From Octopus bimaculoides (lineage: Eukaryota): a DNA stretch of 50,733 bases. The stretch is from contig NC_068986.1 in assembly GCF_001194135.2 (NCBI RefSeq), positions 72,975,765-73,026,497 on the forward strand, written 5' to 3'. Below are positions 22,841 to 36,240 of the stretch, in pieces (the stretch's first letter is position 1; the number at the start of each line of letters is the position of its first letter). A program made the translations under genes and the position numbers. The notes beneath the pieces were generated by a model. That model did not search any database and was not told the DNA's origin. It saw nothing but the letters and a program-made list of their open reading frames with translations.

Positions 22841-23619
22841 CAGAGAGTGCGATGGGTAAATTGTCGCCATTTTATATTTTTAATTTCACGTGTGCGCATT
22901 GTTTGTTTTTGATTTTGTCAACTACACAGTGGAGTCAGTTGGGCACCGTCTGTGAGGAATACAATACCATGACGCAATTCATTCTGCCAGAAATTTGCAA
23001 ACGACATGCTGTACTGCTTGGCATTCATGCTGGAAGCTCCAATACAAACATTTCAGAGTGTTTGGGTGTCAGTCTGAGGGCATGTGCCGAGAATGATAAA
23101 AATCAAACATCCAGTCAATATCATGGTGTTCCCACACAGCCTCAATATGGAGGCTACATTAAGTGCCTGGAGAAGGTAGTGCTGCCCTTGGTCAAGAGGG
23201 TGGCTTCTGGAAGACCTTATGTCTGGCAACAGGACTCTACATCATGCCACACAAGCAGAACCCATTCATGGCTCTCAACATCACCCCTAACATCTGGTTG
23301 CATAACTCCCAGACTGCAACCCCCTTGATTATTATGTGTGGGGCGCAGTTGAGCAAGAGACCAACAAAACTCCTTGTAACACCAAAGATGAACTGAAGGC
23401 AAGGATTATGGTAGCATTCACCAACTTAAACAAGGAGACTGTCCAGAAGAGTTGCAGAAGATTCTGAAGTCGTCTGGAGGCCATGGTTGAAGCCAATGGC
23501 GACTTTATTGAATAAATTTACTCTTTAGTATTTCAAGATATTTTTATGTAATTTTAGTAAATATGTCTGTTATTTTCATTTGTGCATAATTTAGACGACA
23601 GTTTATTCACTGCACCCCG
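22841..23619 (+). mobile_element. maT (DD37D-type) Tc1/mariner element, internally deleted
   Basis: TIRs CAGAGAGTGCGATGGGTAAATTGTCG / CGACAGTTTATTCACTGCACCCCG with TA TSD. The HTH start KRHAVLLGIHAGSSNTNISECLGVS is fused to RPYVWQQDS..CHT and SPDCNPLDYYVWG. Confidence 0.88.
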
Positions 23620-23678
23620 TATAGAGATAGATATATATAATTTAGTTTATGAAAATATTTTAGGTATACAATTAATTG

Positions 23679-23990
23679 GGTGCAGGTATAGCTATGGTAA
23701 GGAATTTGTGTCCCAACCACATGGTTTCACGTTCAGTTACACTGCATAGCACCTTGCTTGGGCAAGTGTCTTCTTTAGCCTTGGTTCAACCAAAGCCATG
23801 TGGGTGGATTTGGTAGATGGAAACTGAAAGTAGTCCCTTGTGTGCATATTTTTGTGTTTGTTGTCCCCCTTCCCCATCTGACAACCAGTATTAGTTTATG
23901 TCCCTGTAACTTAGTAGTTCAGTAAAAGAGACCGATAGAATAAGTACCAGACTTAAAAAATATATAAGTACTGGGGTTTATTTGTTTTAT
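23679..23990 (+). mobile_element. SINE family A, 3'-incomplete
   Basis: Aligns to 40755-41110. Confidence 0.8.
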
Positions 23991-24109
23991 CCAGCATAGA
24001 GCAAACAAAGAATAATTAGACACTTAGATGTTTGATTTGGTTGAATTGTCTGGTATTTTAGATAGAAGCAATATTGTCTCAAGATTTGTTATTTTTATTA
24101 ATGAGAATA

Positions 24110-24340
24110 TCATTGTCTTCATTTGATATGTTTTTCCTACTGGCATGGCTTGGACGATTTGACAGGATCTGACAAGTTAACAAGTTAGATGACTGCATCG
24201 AAGTCCATTGTTTGCTTTGGTATGGTTTCTATGGGTGGATGTCCTTTCTAATGCCAACCATTTTAAAGTGTATACTGGGTGCTGTGTTTTTTTTTTTTTT
24301 TTGTGACATCAACACTGGTGAGGTCACCTTGCAAAACTAA
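24110..24340 (-). mobile_element. Old RTE 3' tail copy
   Basis: GGCATGGCTTGGACGATTTGACAGG..GGATGTCCTTTCTAATGCCAACCA. Confidence 0.75.
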
Positions 24341-25150
24341 GGGCTTAATGCGACCCTGTAACTAAAGGATGATAGAAGAGAGGGTAAAGTGAGAGAAACA
24401 GATTTATAGTTGTGAGAAGGTGATAGTGGAGAGAATAATAAGCTTTTTTGTGGGAGTGAGCAGAAAGGATTAGTGTTGGGTGGAAAGGTGGTAATGTCAA
24501 TTGTGTTGGATGGATCCAAAGGTATTCAACATTGTGAGGTTGAGTGTGGGTGGAAGGTTTGAGGAAAAGGAAACAAAAAAAGGGAGAAATTGATGAGGAT
24601 GGCAAGGAATCTAAAGAGTTGTTAAAGGAAATAGAGGTGTGGGTTCAATGAGTAGGCCAGAGGGTGAGAGAAAATGAAGGGGTGGTAGAAGAGCAGTAGA
24701 TGAGTGCAGTGAAGGAAAGGGAAACTGGAGGCTACCATAGAGGTCAGGGTGGGTGGGGAGAGCAGTGTCTGAATGTAAAGAAGGCAGCATAGTTGGACTG
24801 GTTGGAAGCAGTGGGTGAATGTAGCAAGAAAAAGGCTGAGGGAACTCTAGAGGTGTGAGGGACAAGTAGTAAGGTTAAGGCAAGAATAGGTGTTGGGTGA
24901 CAACTGATGTGACCCAGGAAAGTGTGCTGGTGGGTAGTACAGCAGAGTGAAGCTAGAGTGTATTGGGTAGTTGAGGGTGAGGGTTGTTCAATACAGTTTT
25001 TTTTTATATGTGTGCCAATAGAAGGCAGGGGTGAAATTGAAGTGAAGGGAATGATTTAGTCCTGCTGGAGTGAAGAAATAAGACAGAGTATGAGGGAAGA
25101 CATGAGTCATGAAAGGGATAATGTGGACGCAGAGTGAAGGGATTGTAATT
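24340..25150 (-). mobile_element. Very old purine-rich remnant, possibly the GIY-YIG end of a Penelope-like element
   Basis: The - strand has traces such as CLNLTTCP and CCLLYIQT (cf. C..LYIGET). It is heavily decayed. Confidence 0.3.
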
Positions 25151-25159
25151 TAGGCTTGG

Positions 25160-25402
25160 GAGAGAACAATGTGTGTGTGTGTATATGTATATGTGTGTGT
25201 ATATGTATATGTGTGTATATATGTATGTATATGTGTGTGTATGTATATGTGTGTGTATGTATATATATGTGTGTATGTATATATATGTGTGTATGTATAT
25301 ATATATATGTGTGTATGTGTGTGTATATATGTGTGTGTATGTATCTATGTGTGTGTATGTATCTATCTATCTATCTATCTATATATATATATATATATAT
25401 AT
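25160..25402. repeat. Compound (TG/TA/TATC)n microsatellite followed by an N gap (25403-26093)
   Basis: Direct reading. The long 'ORFs' here are artefacts. Confidence 0.95.
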
Positions 25403-26093
25403 NNNNNNNNNNNNNNNNNNNNNNNNNNNNNNNNNNNNNNNNNNNNNNNNNNNNNNNNNNNNNNNNNNNNNNNNNNNNNNNNNNNNNNNNNNNNNNNNNN
25501 NNNNNNNNNNNNNNNNNNNNNNNNNNNNNNNNNNNNNNNNNNNNNNNNNNNNNNNNNNNNNNNNNNNNNNNNNNNNNNNNNNNNNNNNNNNNNNNNNNNN
25601 NNNNNNNNNNNNNNNNNNNNNNNNNNNNNNNNNNNNNNNNNNNNNNNNNNNNNNNNNNNNNNNNNNNNNNNNNNNNNNNNNNNNNNNNNNNNNNNNNNNN
25701 NNNNNNNNNNNNNNNNNNNNNNNNNNNNNNNNNNNNNNNNNNNNNNNNNNNNNNNNNNNNNNNNNNNNNNNNNNNNNNNNNNNNNNNNNNNNNNNNNNNN
25801 NNNNNNNNNNNNNNNNNNNNNNNNNNNNNNNNNNNNNNNNNNNNNNNNNNNNNNNNNNNNNNNNNNNNNNNNNNNNNNNNNNNNNNNNNNNNNNNNNNNN
25901 NNNNNNNNNNNNNNNNNNNNNNNNNNNNNNNNNNNNNNNNNNNNNNNNNNNNNNNNNNNNNNNNNNNNNNNNNNNNNNNNNNNNNNNNNNNNNNNNNNNN
26001 NNNNNNNNNNNNNNNNNNNNNNNNNNNNNNNNNNNNNNNNNNNNNNNNNNNNNNNNNNNNNNNNNNNNNNNNNNNNNNNNNNNNNNNNNNNNN

Positions 26094-26146
<53 letters not shown>

Positions 26147-26277
26147 GTATTTGTTTTGCAAGATTCTTGATGTGAAATTGTGTGTTGAAACATATACTTG
26201 GGGATAGTCATATTTTGTTAATTAAACACACGCACTATATATTTGGTCTGCACTTCAGCTTTATTATTATCATTATT

Positions 26278-26480
26278 TTAGTTCCTTTAAAGTTCTTTCG
26301 TCAGGCATCTAGTGACCTCTTCAGTGACTCTCTGCTCCACGTGTCTTGTCTTGTTCTGCTTAGTCCATTTAGGAAATGAATAATAGGAATGGAATCAAGC
26401 AGAACAAGAGGCGACACAGGGACAGAGTCACTGAAGTGGTCATAGATTGTGTGACGAAAGAGCTTTGACAAAGAAACTAA
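26278..26480. repeat. About 200-bp imperfect palindrome (hairpin) with an about 15-nt loop
   Basis: TTAGTTCCTTTAAAGTTCTTTCGTCA..TGACCTCTTCAGTGACTCT..TCTTGTTCTGCTT pairs with AAGCAGAACAAGA..AGAGTCACTGAAGTGGTCA..TGACGAAAGAGCTTT..AACTAA. Confidence 0.85.
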
Positions 26481-26829
26481 GTATAACAATATATATGTGT
26501 ATATAAAACAACTTCTCAAGCACAATGATAAAGATGTCTATTTTACTACGTTTGCAGTGTTTTGCCACTTGTTGCAGCTCTTTGTCATCTCCTTTGTGAG
26601 ATTTGTCGTCTTGAGATCATTTCCCACCACTTCATCCTATGTTGTCTTTGGTCTCGTATTCTTATCACTTGTCACGTTTACACAACTGACATCTTTCATA
26701 TGCATCCCATGTCTGTATCAACCACAGTCTTTTTTTTTCTTTATGCTTATAAAGTTCAAAACAAAGTGAAAAACCTTGTGTAAAAGATTATATAAACAAG
26801 GAGAAATTAATGGAATTAAGACAAAAGGA

Positions 26830-27600
26830 ACGAATTTTCTTTAGAGAGTTCAGAACATAAGAAAAGGAAAAATACTGAGATGGAAGAGAGTTCCAAAGTC
26901 TGGCAGTTTGAGGAAAAAAACCTCTGACTGTAGAAAGATTTCCTTATTCCTGGAAGCACAGCAGCATTTGGATGATGTGCGTTTCAAGTTAGGCAAGATG
27001 GCACCAAGTGATTTGGAACTAAAAGGAAAAGTTCATCAGAGCACTTTCTGTGGTAGTAACAATAGAACAGACTAAGATTAGTGGCATCATGTTGCTGTGA
27101 CAAGGGTTGCAGAATTGAAGCAAGAGAGTAACCAATCAAATTAGTAACTCGCTTCTGAACCCTATTGAGGAGAGCCAAGTGACAAGATGGTGTTCCTACC
27201 CAAATATAACAACAATACTCCATACTAGGATAAATTCTGGACTTGTAAAGATACAAAATAGCCTCAGATTTGAGGTAATTCTTTTAACCTATACAATGAC
27301 CCAACCTTATGAGAAGCAAACCTACCAATTGATTGTATGTAAAACCCCATGAAAGATAAGGTGAGAAAGTAAGACCAAGCAATTACAAAGATCTTTTCTT
27401 GAGTGGTTTGACTGTGTCACCATGTAATACCTCCTATATAGCTCCTGTAAATGGGAGGAAAGTAGGAATCCTGCTTCCTACTGAAAGACATGAGTTTGGT
27501 CTTGTCCATTTTTTAACAGCTTGTAAATCCACCTCAAATGTTATAGCCACTTTTTCTCTCTGTCCATTTGTGCTCTGCTGTCATTCATGCTCATTAACAT
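26830..27600 (-). mobile_element. CR1/L2-superclade LINE, RT C-terminal remnant
   Basis: LYKSRIYPSMEYCCYIW..HLALLNRVQKR..LQPLSQ..NLSLFYCYYH..CSDEL..LVP. Confidence 0.8.
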
Positions 27601-27929
27601 ATGTCCAGCGACACATGTTTGCTCTGTTTGCAGCTTTTGTCTTGTGATAGGCAATGAAAAATAAAAATTAGAAATAGTAAATACAAAAAATATTCTAATC
27701 AGTCTTTTTTGTAATTGTACTTATCTAGCAAGTGACATAGTTTGAGACTGTGTTGATACTAAAGTAATTACATCATGGAAAAGTTATTCAGTAAAGTTTA
27801 TTTTGTATTTTGTCCCTCCGGTTTCAATAAAACATCAAATACTGGATTTGATAAAAAAATCTCACCCACCCCCCACCCTTTTTTTTTTTCATGAAATTTA
27901 GAGGAATCATTGTTTATTAGTTTGAATAA

Positions 27930-28143
27930 GGTAGTAAACTGGCAGAATTGTTAGTACACCAGGCAAAATGCTGAATCTCATTTCATCTACCTTTACATTT
28001 CGAGTTCAAATTCCACCAAGGTTGACTTTATCTTTCATCCTTTTGGGGTCGTTAAAATAACAACCAGTCGAGTACTGGGGTCGATGTAATTGGTTTACCT
28101 GCTCCCCAAAATTGCTGGCCTTGTACTAGAATTTGAAACCAAT
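27930..28143 (+). mobile_element. tRNA-head SINE family C
   Basis: A-box TGGCAGAATTG, B-box GAGTTCAAATTCC, central TTCATCCTTTTGGGGTCG..AAAATAA..ACCAG..CTGGGGTCGATGTAAT, end TTTGAAACCAAT. Confidence 0.85.
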
Positions 28144-28971
28144 ATTTATTTGCTTGAATGGAATTGATTTTGGGTAATTAATGTATTTTACTTACTGCCT
28201 TTTAATTTCTTTTTGATTCTTGGCATTGATTAAAATTTACTTTCATTCTGTCAGAGCTTGCTAACAAGCTCTGACAAAATGAAAGTAAACTTACTATTTA
28301 CAAAACCTTCTCTGGAAAAAAAATCGTAGTTCTATTGATACATTATTATTTTAATAGAAACTTGTTTACAATCTCTCCACTGCTGGTGTTATGATAAAAA
28401 GGCAAAAGCACTATTAAATTAAAGGCTTTGTTTGGAGTAAACATTTTTTTTGCTGTGTCACTAATGTTTAAAAGTTCTTTGTGAAACTATATGAAATATT
28501 AAGAATTTTTTTGTGGTGCAGTAGCCTACTGGGTGACAACAGTAATTTCTCAGATTTTCTGTTTACAAATTTAAAGTATTCTCTTGACTAAATGCTACTT
28601 GGCACTAGTTAGGAGCCTGTTGTTGTCTGTCTTTCACTTTGATGTCATTTATCATTCTGTGTTTGTACATAAGTTGGAATCATCATTGCCAACTTAAGTC
28701 CATTGGGTCCTGAGGTTGTCTTTTTTCCAAGATAGAAAAGTAATATTTCTCAAACAAGTAAAGCTTAGTCTGATACAGCTTCAATTCTCAGTTGAAATTA
28801 TAAATTTTTTTTGTTGTTAATGATTTTGTAGTAGAGTATAAGTGAAACATTTCCACCCCTCCCCCTTTTTTCTGGTATATGGCTTACATGCTTTTAATAA
28901 AAGGATAATTTATTCATCTTGCATTGTTTTTACATGTTTCAGTAAGTTTGACAACATCCTCTGTGTATGTA

Positions 28972-29832
28972 CGAGGTCTGATCAATAAGTATCCAGACTG
29001 TTGCTATAGTAACAAAGCTAAAGTATGCAGAGTGAAGCTCCTTGACCTCTGCTGTGCATGCGCACTAAGTTTTAATGCTCCATCTCACTTCTGCTGTCCA
29101 CAGCAGTGCTTCAAAGGAAGGTGTGTAGCGTGTGATCATCGCATTGACCATAACAGAGAAAGTTGTCATGGCGTTACCTGCTCAGAGGCCTACACAAAGT
29201 TGCAGAAAATGTATGGAGAGGAGTTTGGGCTGCACCTAAGTTTATGAGTGGTTCAGACGTTTCCAAGATGGCCAGGAAAATGTTGATATTAATGAATGTT
29301 ATGGGCAACCTGCAACCAGCAGAACTAAGAAAAACATCACAGATGTGTGTGCAGCTGTGAGGGGAAATTGTTAGTATCACCATCTCTGAGTTATCAGAGG
29401 ATGTGCAGATTAATTATGGTTCAGTTCAGTCCATTATCACTGAAGATTTGGGTATGAGATGCATGTCTGCCAAATTTATGCCAAAACTGCTTTCAGCTGA
29501 CCAAAAAGAAACTTGGGTTTCAGTTGCACAAGATCTTGATTGTGTCGAGAATGATGAAAACTTTGCATAGACCTCTGAGCAGGTATCATCAAGCTTTTCG
29601 CAAAATCTGTAGAGTCTCTGGTCTACTCTCTCTGTCATGGTCAATGCAACAATCACACACTACACACCTTCCTTCGAAGCACTGCTGTAAACAGCAGAAG
29701 TGAGCTGGAATGTTAAAACTTAGTGTGCATGCACAGCAGAGTCCAAGGTCAATCTGTACCAAGTTGCTTTACTCTCCATGCTTTAGCTTCATTACTATAG
29801 CAACAGTCTGGATACTTATTGATCAGACCATG
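28972..29832. mobile_element. Mariner derivative made of two inverted 5' ends
   Basis: TIR CGAGGTCTGATCAATAAGTATCCAGACTGTTGCTATAG at both ends with TA TSD. The + arm carries the N-terminal transposase (TCSEAYTKLQK..ITEDLGMR..AKFMPKLL). The - arm carries a second start, MTERVDQR..FCEKLDDTCSEVYAK. Confidence 0.88.
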
Positions 29833-30349
29833 TATGTACTTATTGTATTGTTTGTCAGTCAGTTTTCAAGCTCTTGTCTTTGTGTGATAACTTACACCAT
29901 TTCATTAATTTTTGTTAAGATCATTGAATTTCTTCCCTCCAAGATAATGGTTTTGCAATTATTTAGTTATTCTGTGATTCTTGTAATTACTCTTTCAGTT
30001 AACTTTACCCTATTTTATAATTCGTTCCACTCCTGTCAATTTTAGGAATGAACCATGTGAATAGGAGACAAACATTATTATTTCTTTTCTTGAATTCAGA
30101 TACTTATTTCTTTCCTCATTTGTTTCAATGCAAGATATTGTTGAATTATGAAGAACTTCTGAAATGAATGTAATATCTACAGCAGAAGAATTTTTTATAT
30201 GTTTATTTTGTAATGTTTAATGCTGTATTATATATCTTTGATAACTAAGTATACTAATATCCGGATTGTTCTTTAAGGCATTTATTGATGAACTAGCAAA
30301 ATATAACTATATCCATGAAAGCACCAAATTTAATTCTTGAAAAATTTCA

Positions 30350-30860
30350 TAAAAGTAAATGATAGCTTCTGATGTCTAAAGTTACCTCATTGGCAATGTG
30401 ATAGTGGTTCTGAAAACATAGCTGGCAGTTAATACCTCTGAAGGCATCAAAAAGATTCTCTAAGTGAATGGCTGATGTTTGTGCACCAAGTATGATGTTA
30501 CATGGAAGTGAAATATGAGCATTGAATATTGTGACTAGGCAAAGATTGGAAAGAAATGGGGCAAGCGTACTTCACTAGATGATGAAAGGCTGAAGAGGAA
30601 TCAGACATGGCATGCAAAAGTGAAGGCTACTCTGGTATGAGCATGTGATATGAATGAAGGGTGACAATTGGGTAAAGGAGTGCCAAGTTATCCAAATTCA
30701 AGGAACTTGTAGAAGAGGAAGATTGATGAAAACTGATCTCACAATGCTGAATGAACCTCATGAAGGAAATGATATTGAATGGCAACAAGTGTTGAGATAT
30801 TGTGTTTAGAGAAGACCTATGCAACCCACATGACGTAATGATAATGAGACACAAGATCTG
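30350..30860 (+). mobile_element. Old RTE LINE 3' RT fragment (same family as 46860-48590)
   Basis: Remnants ..LHGSE.., RLLWYEHV..WVKEC..GTCRRGR. Confidence 0.65.
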
Positions 30861-31336
30861 AAGCAATCTTTTAGCTTAATAAATATCAACAAGGTTCTGG
30901 TGCTTGGTCTTTTCTCATCAGTATCATGCAGTTCACAAAGCTTTGTCTATGCTGCACTAGGTTTCATGATAGTTTTATTCACAATGCATTTTTTTGGCGT
31001 GTTTGTGTCTTTAGTTCTAGTTTGAATAAATGTACGTAGATTTTTTTCTTTTTGTCTGTTCTCTGATGTCAATCATAAAATATTGTGAATATGTATATTT
31101 AAATTTGCTTAAGGTTGGTAATTTTTTTCTACTCTCTTCATTTACCACACTAATGCTGCTGATTCAAAAAAAATATTAATATTGATTTGATCCCATTAAA
31201 ACATCTTGAGGAGTGGTCATTATCACTGATATAATCTAGAAGCTGATGAAACTTATTCCAGAAAAGGATCCTAATCTCTAACAGTTTACCTTCCCAAGAG
31301 AATTATAACTAGTTTTTAATTAAGTTTTAATTAATA

Positions 31337-31700
31337 GGTGCAGGCAGGGCTGTGTGGTAAGAAACTTGCTTCCCAACCACATGGTTTTGGGTTCAGTCTC
31401 ACTGTGTGGCACTTTGGGTAAGTGTCTTCTACTATAGCCTTGGGCAAACCAAAGTCGAAGAGTAGATTTGGTAGATAGAAACTGAAAGAAGCCAGTTGTG
31501 TGTGTGTGTCCCTGCTATTGCTTGATAACTGATGCTGGTGTGTTTATGTTCCCATAACTTAGTGGTTTAGCAAAAGAGACCAATAGAATAAGTATTAGGC
31601 TTACAAAGAATAAATCCTGGGGTTGATTTCTTTGGCTAAAACTCTTTAGGGCAGTGCTCCAGCATGGCTGCAGTTAAATGACTGAAACAAGTAAAAGAAT
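31337..31700 (+). mobile_element. SINE family A, full length
   Basis: Aligns to 40755-41173; short internal (TG)n. Confidence 0.88.
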
Positions 31701-32870
31701 AATGTAGAATTGCCATGTTGAAGGATTAAATATTTCAGGATAAAACAGTAGAGATGTGCACCAAGCATTCATAATAGACATCATTTATGAGTTAGAATAA
31801 AGGATTATTTATTTCTTAAGCATTAAACATTCTAAACTGACACTGATACCAACTCTTGATAAATTTTGGTTTGATAGCAGTCATATTGAAACTCCCATCA
31901 TTTAACTCTTCTGATAATAACTTGCCCCTGACTACCTCTGGTTCATTGATACATAAAGACTTTACACAATAGGTTTTAGAATTCCTTTGTTATAACCAAA
32001 ACACCAGCTTAATATGCAAATAAAGGACAAGGGACAGTTGCTTGATTTGCTAAAAGTAATATAATCTGGATACTATAGATGTGAAGGGTCATTGCTTGAA
32101 TATCATTTGATCACAGTTCTGTTTAATCAGTGCTTAGCTGGGGCTAAATAAATGAATTAATTTACTAAATACCATCAAATTTGTGTATTAATTGGAATGT
32201 TATTTGCTGGTCTTGTATTCCCTTTTAGTTGTTTTGAGTTTACCTGTTTCTCTAACTAGAAATGTGTCAGTAAATATGGAGAAATACACCTATTATGATG
32301 AAAGTAACATGTTAGGTTCTCTACAAAATCTAGATCAGTATGTCTGATATGCATTCAAATCCTATCAACTTTGCCTTTCACTTCTTAGTAAAATAAAATA
32401 AATGCAATATAATGAGCTCAATTTAGTCAGTGTACTTCCATTATAAAAATAGCTGTATCTGGTTACATAAGTATTATCAAGGTGCCATTAGCATTTAAAC
32501 AAGTCATATCCAGCCCTACTTTTCAATTTATTTTCTGTTCAAACCAGCCAGATCTACAATGTCATTCTAAAAATAAGCAATTGCATCATTAGAATCTTGA
32601 AGCTATGAGATAATGCTGGGCTAATTCAAAACAATGTGAATAAATAAGCATTACATTTGACAAAGTAATCTGAATGCTTAAGGGTTAAAGCTTAAAGTCA
32701 AATATATTCTGAGACCAAAGAAAAGACAGAAATGAAATGTATTTATAACAGACATGTCAAGTTGTACCTTTCTAATTTAGGTCACAAAAAACCCATGAGA
32801 TGGTAAACAATCATAACAATTTTGTTTAAGGGAGTTTTATAGTAGTTTTATTACTTTTGGGAACCTATTG

Positions 32871-33252
32871 TCTTTTATCTTGTTTCATCATTAAACTGCA
32901 ACCATTCTGGGGCACCACCTTGAAGAATTTTCGTCAGATTAATCGAACCCAATATTTTATTTTATTTTATTTTCTAAATCCTGGTACTTATTCTATTGGT
33001 TCTTTTATGTTGAACCATTAAGTTACAATGATGTAAACACAGTGGTCAAACAGTGGTTGGGAACAGACAGACTCTCACACACACACACATCTATATAATG
33101 GGCTTCTTTCAGTTTCCTTCTTTCAAATCCACTTACAAGACTCTGGTTGGCCTGAGGCTATAGTAGAAGACTCTTTTCCAAAGTGCTACACAGTGAAACT
33201 GAGCCTGGAACCATATAGTTGGAAAGCAAACTTCTTACCACTCAACCATGCT
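32871..33252 (-). mobile_element. SINE family A
   Basis: Reverse complement of family A. Confidence 0.82.
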
Positions 33253-34779
33253 GTTTAAAAATCTAAAAGCAATAAACAAAGGGACAGTTGATACAAAGTC
33301 AACGTTTTGCTGAGGAGTTGGCTTTGAAGACTCAATCTTATTGAAGTTAATTCCCTTAAATATCGCTAGAGTGTGTTTTGTGTATTGATTGTTCAGATAA
33401 TCTCACTTGATCAGTTTTTTTTAAAATTCACAGTATTGCATATGTGAGACCCTATCATACTAGAACAATAACAGAGGCTTAAGTATTTTGGTTACATTAT
33501 TGTCATTACTGAAAAGCTAAGTTGATATTTTGAATCATGTTTTAAAAAATATTCAGTACTTCAGGTTAGAATGTGGAACATGTATTTTAAGAGATTTAAC
33601 ATGTAATTGATTTATGAATGATTTAGGTAGCTCACTGATTTGTGTACGTCTGTGTGAAGTAAAAACTATTACTGAAGTGTGAGGTTTTACACTTGTTTAT
33701 TGAATATAGTTTGTGTTTTCACAGAGACTTTTCTACAACAAATCAATGTGGACTTCTTGTTTTGTTTATTTTTTTAACAAACTAGGAGCATACTGACTAT
33801 AATAACGTTGGTAAAATTATTTGGAGAAATGTGTTGAGGCTGATAAATATAAGATAAATGACTGCTTATCTTAAGGATAATATAACAGACAATTGATACT
33901 TTGAGTCAGTAATCTTTTCATAATAATTTAATTATATATCACATATCACTTATGTAAGGGTTATACAAAAAATATAAATAATTAGATTGGATTTTAATTT
34001 TTGTTGCATTCATAATCTAAGCCATTCAATTGAGCTTTGAAAGTTTTGCAATTCTCTCCAACAAGTTTGTTTTTTCTCTCATGAGACAGAACTTCATTGT
34101 AAGTCAGATATCTTTTTAGTAAAAATAGTTTTTTTCATTAAAATAGGAATCTTATTGATGCAATGATTGTTAAAGAAATTATAGAAAGAAATAATGTAAA
34201 GTCTGTTGTTTCTCTGGAACTCTCCATATTCTTAATATTACTAAAATAGCATTAAAAAAAAAATTTGTTTTTCTCTTCAGGACAAATAAGCACTTTAGTT
34301 CTGAGTTAATGATGCAACGTTTTGATTGAATGTAACCCATTGTAAAGTACTGTTTTCATTAAATGCAATGATGCACTTTCAATCACCAACATCGTACACT
34401 TTATTCAAAAGAAAACCATCTGAAAAACTTCAATTATTAGCTCATTATGCTGTATCTTCTATCTTACTGGAACCAGCTTTGTTTTCTTATATTCAACTTG
34501 CTGCTTGTTAGTGCAGCAAACATTTCATGGAACCTTTTTCAGTTTAAGCACTACCATCACTTCGCTGCTGTGCTTACATTGTGACAAACTTACGTTTGTT
34601 AAATTTTACATTAACAGCACCAGTCTTAAGTGTTTGGTATCTATACTCTGAAATCTGTTTTGCATTTCACATGTTTTTGAATTGGCTGTTATATGGCAAA
34701 TTGAACATTATCAACAGATTAACTGGAAAGTGGCACTAATATGTGATATTTTAGATATTTAAATTCATCAATAATATAT

Positions 34780-35360
34780 AGGCAGGCATGGCCTGTTTCC
34801 ACACAATGAAAATGACTTCCTATGAGGATCAAGTGGCTTCCATTCATGCTGCTCACAAGCAACCACAATAGTAACCTCCAAGGAGTTCTTCCCTGTAGGT
34901 TCAGTAGAGGCCAGATGATGCTGGGGTAATATGATCCTCCCAGGTTTTGCCATAGATGAATTGCCCTCTCTTCATAATATAGGACTCCTGCCTAATGTAC
35001 TTGTACATCGCATTCAATAGTGGTCTCCACCATATTGAACTGCTCAATGATGGCCTTCATCAATTTACTGGTATTTTTAGTAATGAGACCTTGGACCTGC
35101 TGGACAAACTCAGCTGATCTGACAATGTCTGAGAATGCTCCTTTCTCTTGACCAATTATAACATATCTCTTTAGTGGCCTCCAGCTGATTCACAAGGGAT
35201 CTGGTCATGTTCAAGGAACTAGCAATTTTCAAATCACTAGCCACAAATGTTAGCAGGTCTTTTAATTTTCTGTCAGATTGAAATTTACCAATATTGATTC
35301 CTTCTTTGTCTGAAACAGAAATTAAAAAGTTCAAATTTGGTGCTTGCCTCATAACATGTT
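34780..35360 (-). mobile_element. maT-like transposase N-terminal remnant
   Basis: GKFQSDRKLKDLL..IASSLNMTRSLV and MKRGQFI..KT traces; degenerate. Confidence 0.5.
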
Positions 35361-36069
35361 GGTTAGTCTTCCACTTGTGACCTTCTCACTGTATGAGAGA
35401 ACTGCATATGAAAGCTTGTCTTGAATGTCTGCTGCTCTTTGGAAACAGCATGTAATACTGTCATGTATTCATTTTCCCCGAGTCTGAAACTTGGGACATA
35501 CAGACAGACTCTAAAGTGAAAAGCTAGAGTGTTAACCTGTTGTGAAAAACTCTTTTGATGGATGAATAATGTAGTTGTTTCTTTATTAATTTTTATATAA
35601 TGTGTTGAAGTAGTAAAGGGAAACAAAACCATTAATCTGAATTCTGTCGATCAGCAAAGTGTATACATTTGCATAATGATAAAGTTACATATAGCATTGA
35701 CAAACTAATGTTTCTTAGCAGAACATCAATCATTTGTGCTATAACCTATTTCCTTGAAACATGCTCTTTTAATTTCCATAAACTTCCATAAACCCTAATT
35801 TCCATAAATTTAAAAAGCCATTATTGACTGGTATTCAAGACATTCAGGTGTCTCTTGACAAACTAACTTTCTTGCAACTTTATGGAATAACAACAGAATT
35901 TTAATACAGGTGAAAACTATTTCAAAATCAATCATTAACCATAGTGATTACACTTTTGTATTGTCAGTCTCAGAAATTTTTTTCATAAAGAAAGTATTGG
36001 TTGCCATGAGTTTATAGAACAATGTTATAGTTCTGGGTGGGTTCAAAAATGAGAGAGAAAGAGTCAAGC

Positions 36070-36106
<37 letters not shown>

Positions 36107-36119
36107 GTCCACTTTCCAT

Positions 36120-36240
36120 ACTGGCAATTGTTGGATGGTTTGACAGGGACTGGCTAGGTCGAAGACTGCACCATGCTCCACTGTATGTTTTGGCATGGTT
36201 TTTACAACTGGATGCCTTTCCTAACAGTAACCACTCCACA
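36120..36240 (-). mobile_element. Old RTE 3' tail copy
   Basis: GGATGGTTTGACAGG..TTTACAACTGGATGCCTTTCCTAAC next to (CT)n. Confidence 0.7.

Noticed and set aside
25156-26211. Long ORFs (260-344 aa) in the track, and similar ones at 41599-42506 and 17060-17563
   Set aside because: They are made of translated microsatellites and N gaps.
34260-34330. Strong acceptor-like TTTTTCTCTTCAG; similar sites near 40386 and 36428
   Set aside because: No coding signal or convincing donor follows, and such tracts are frequent in AT-rich introns.
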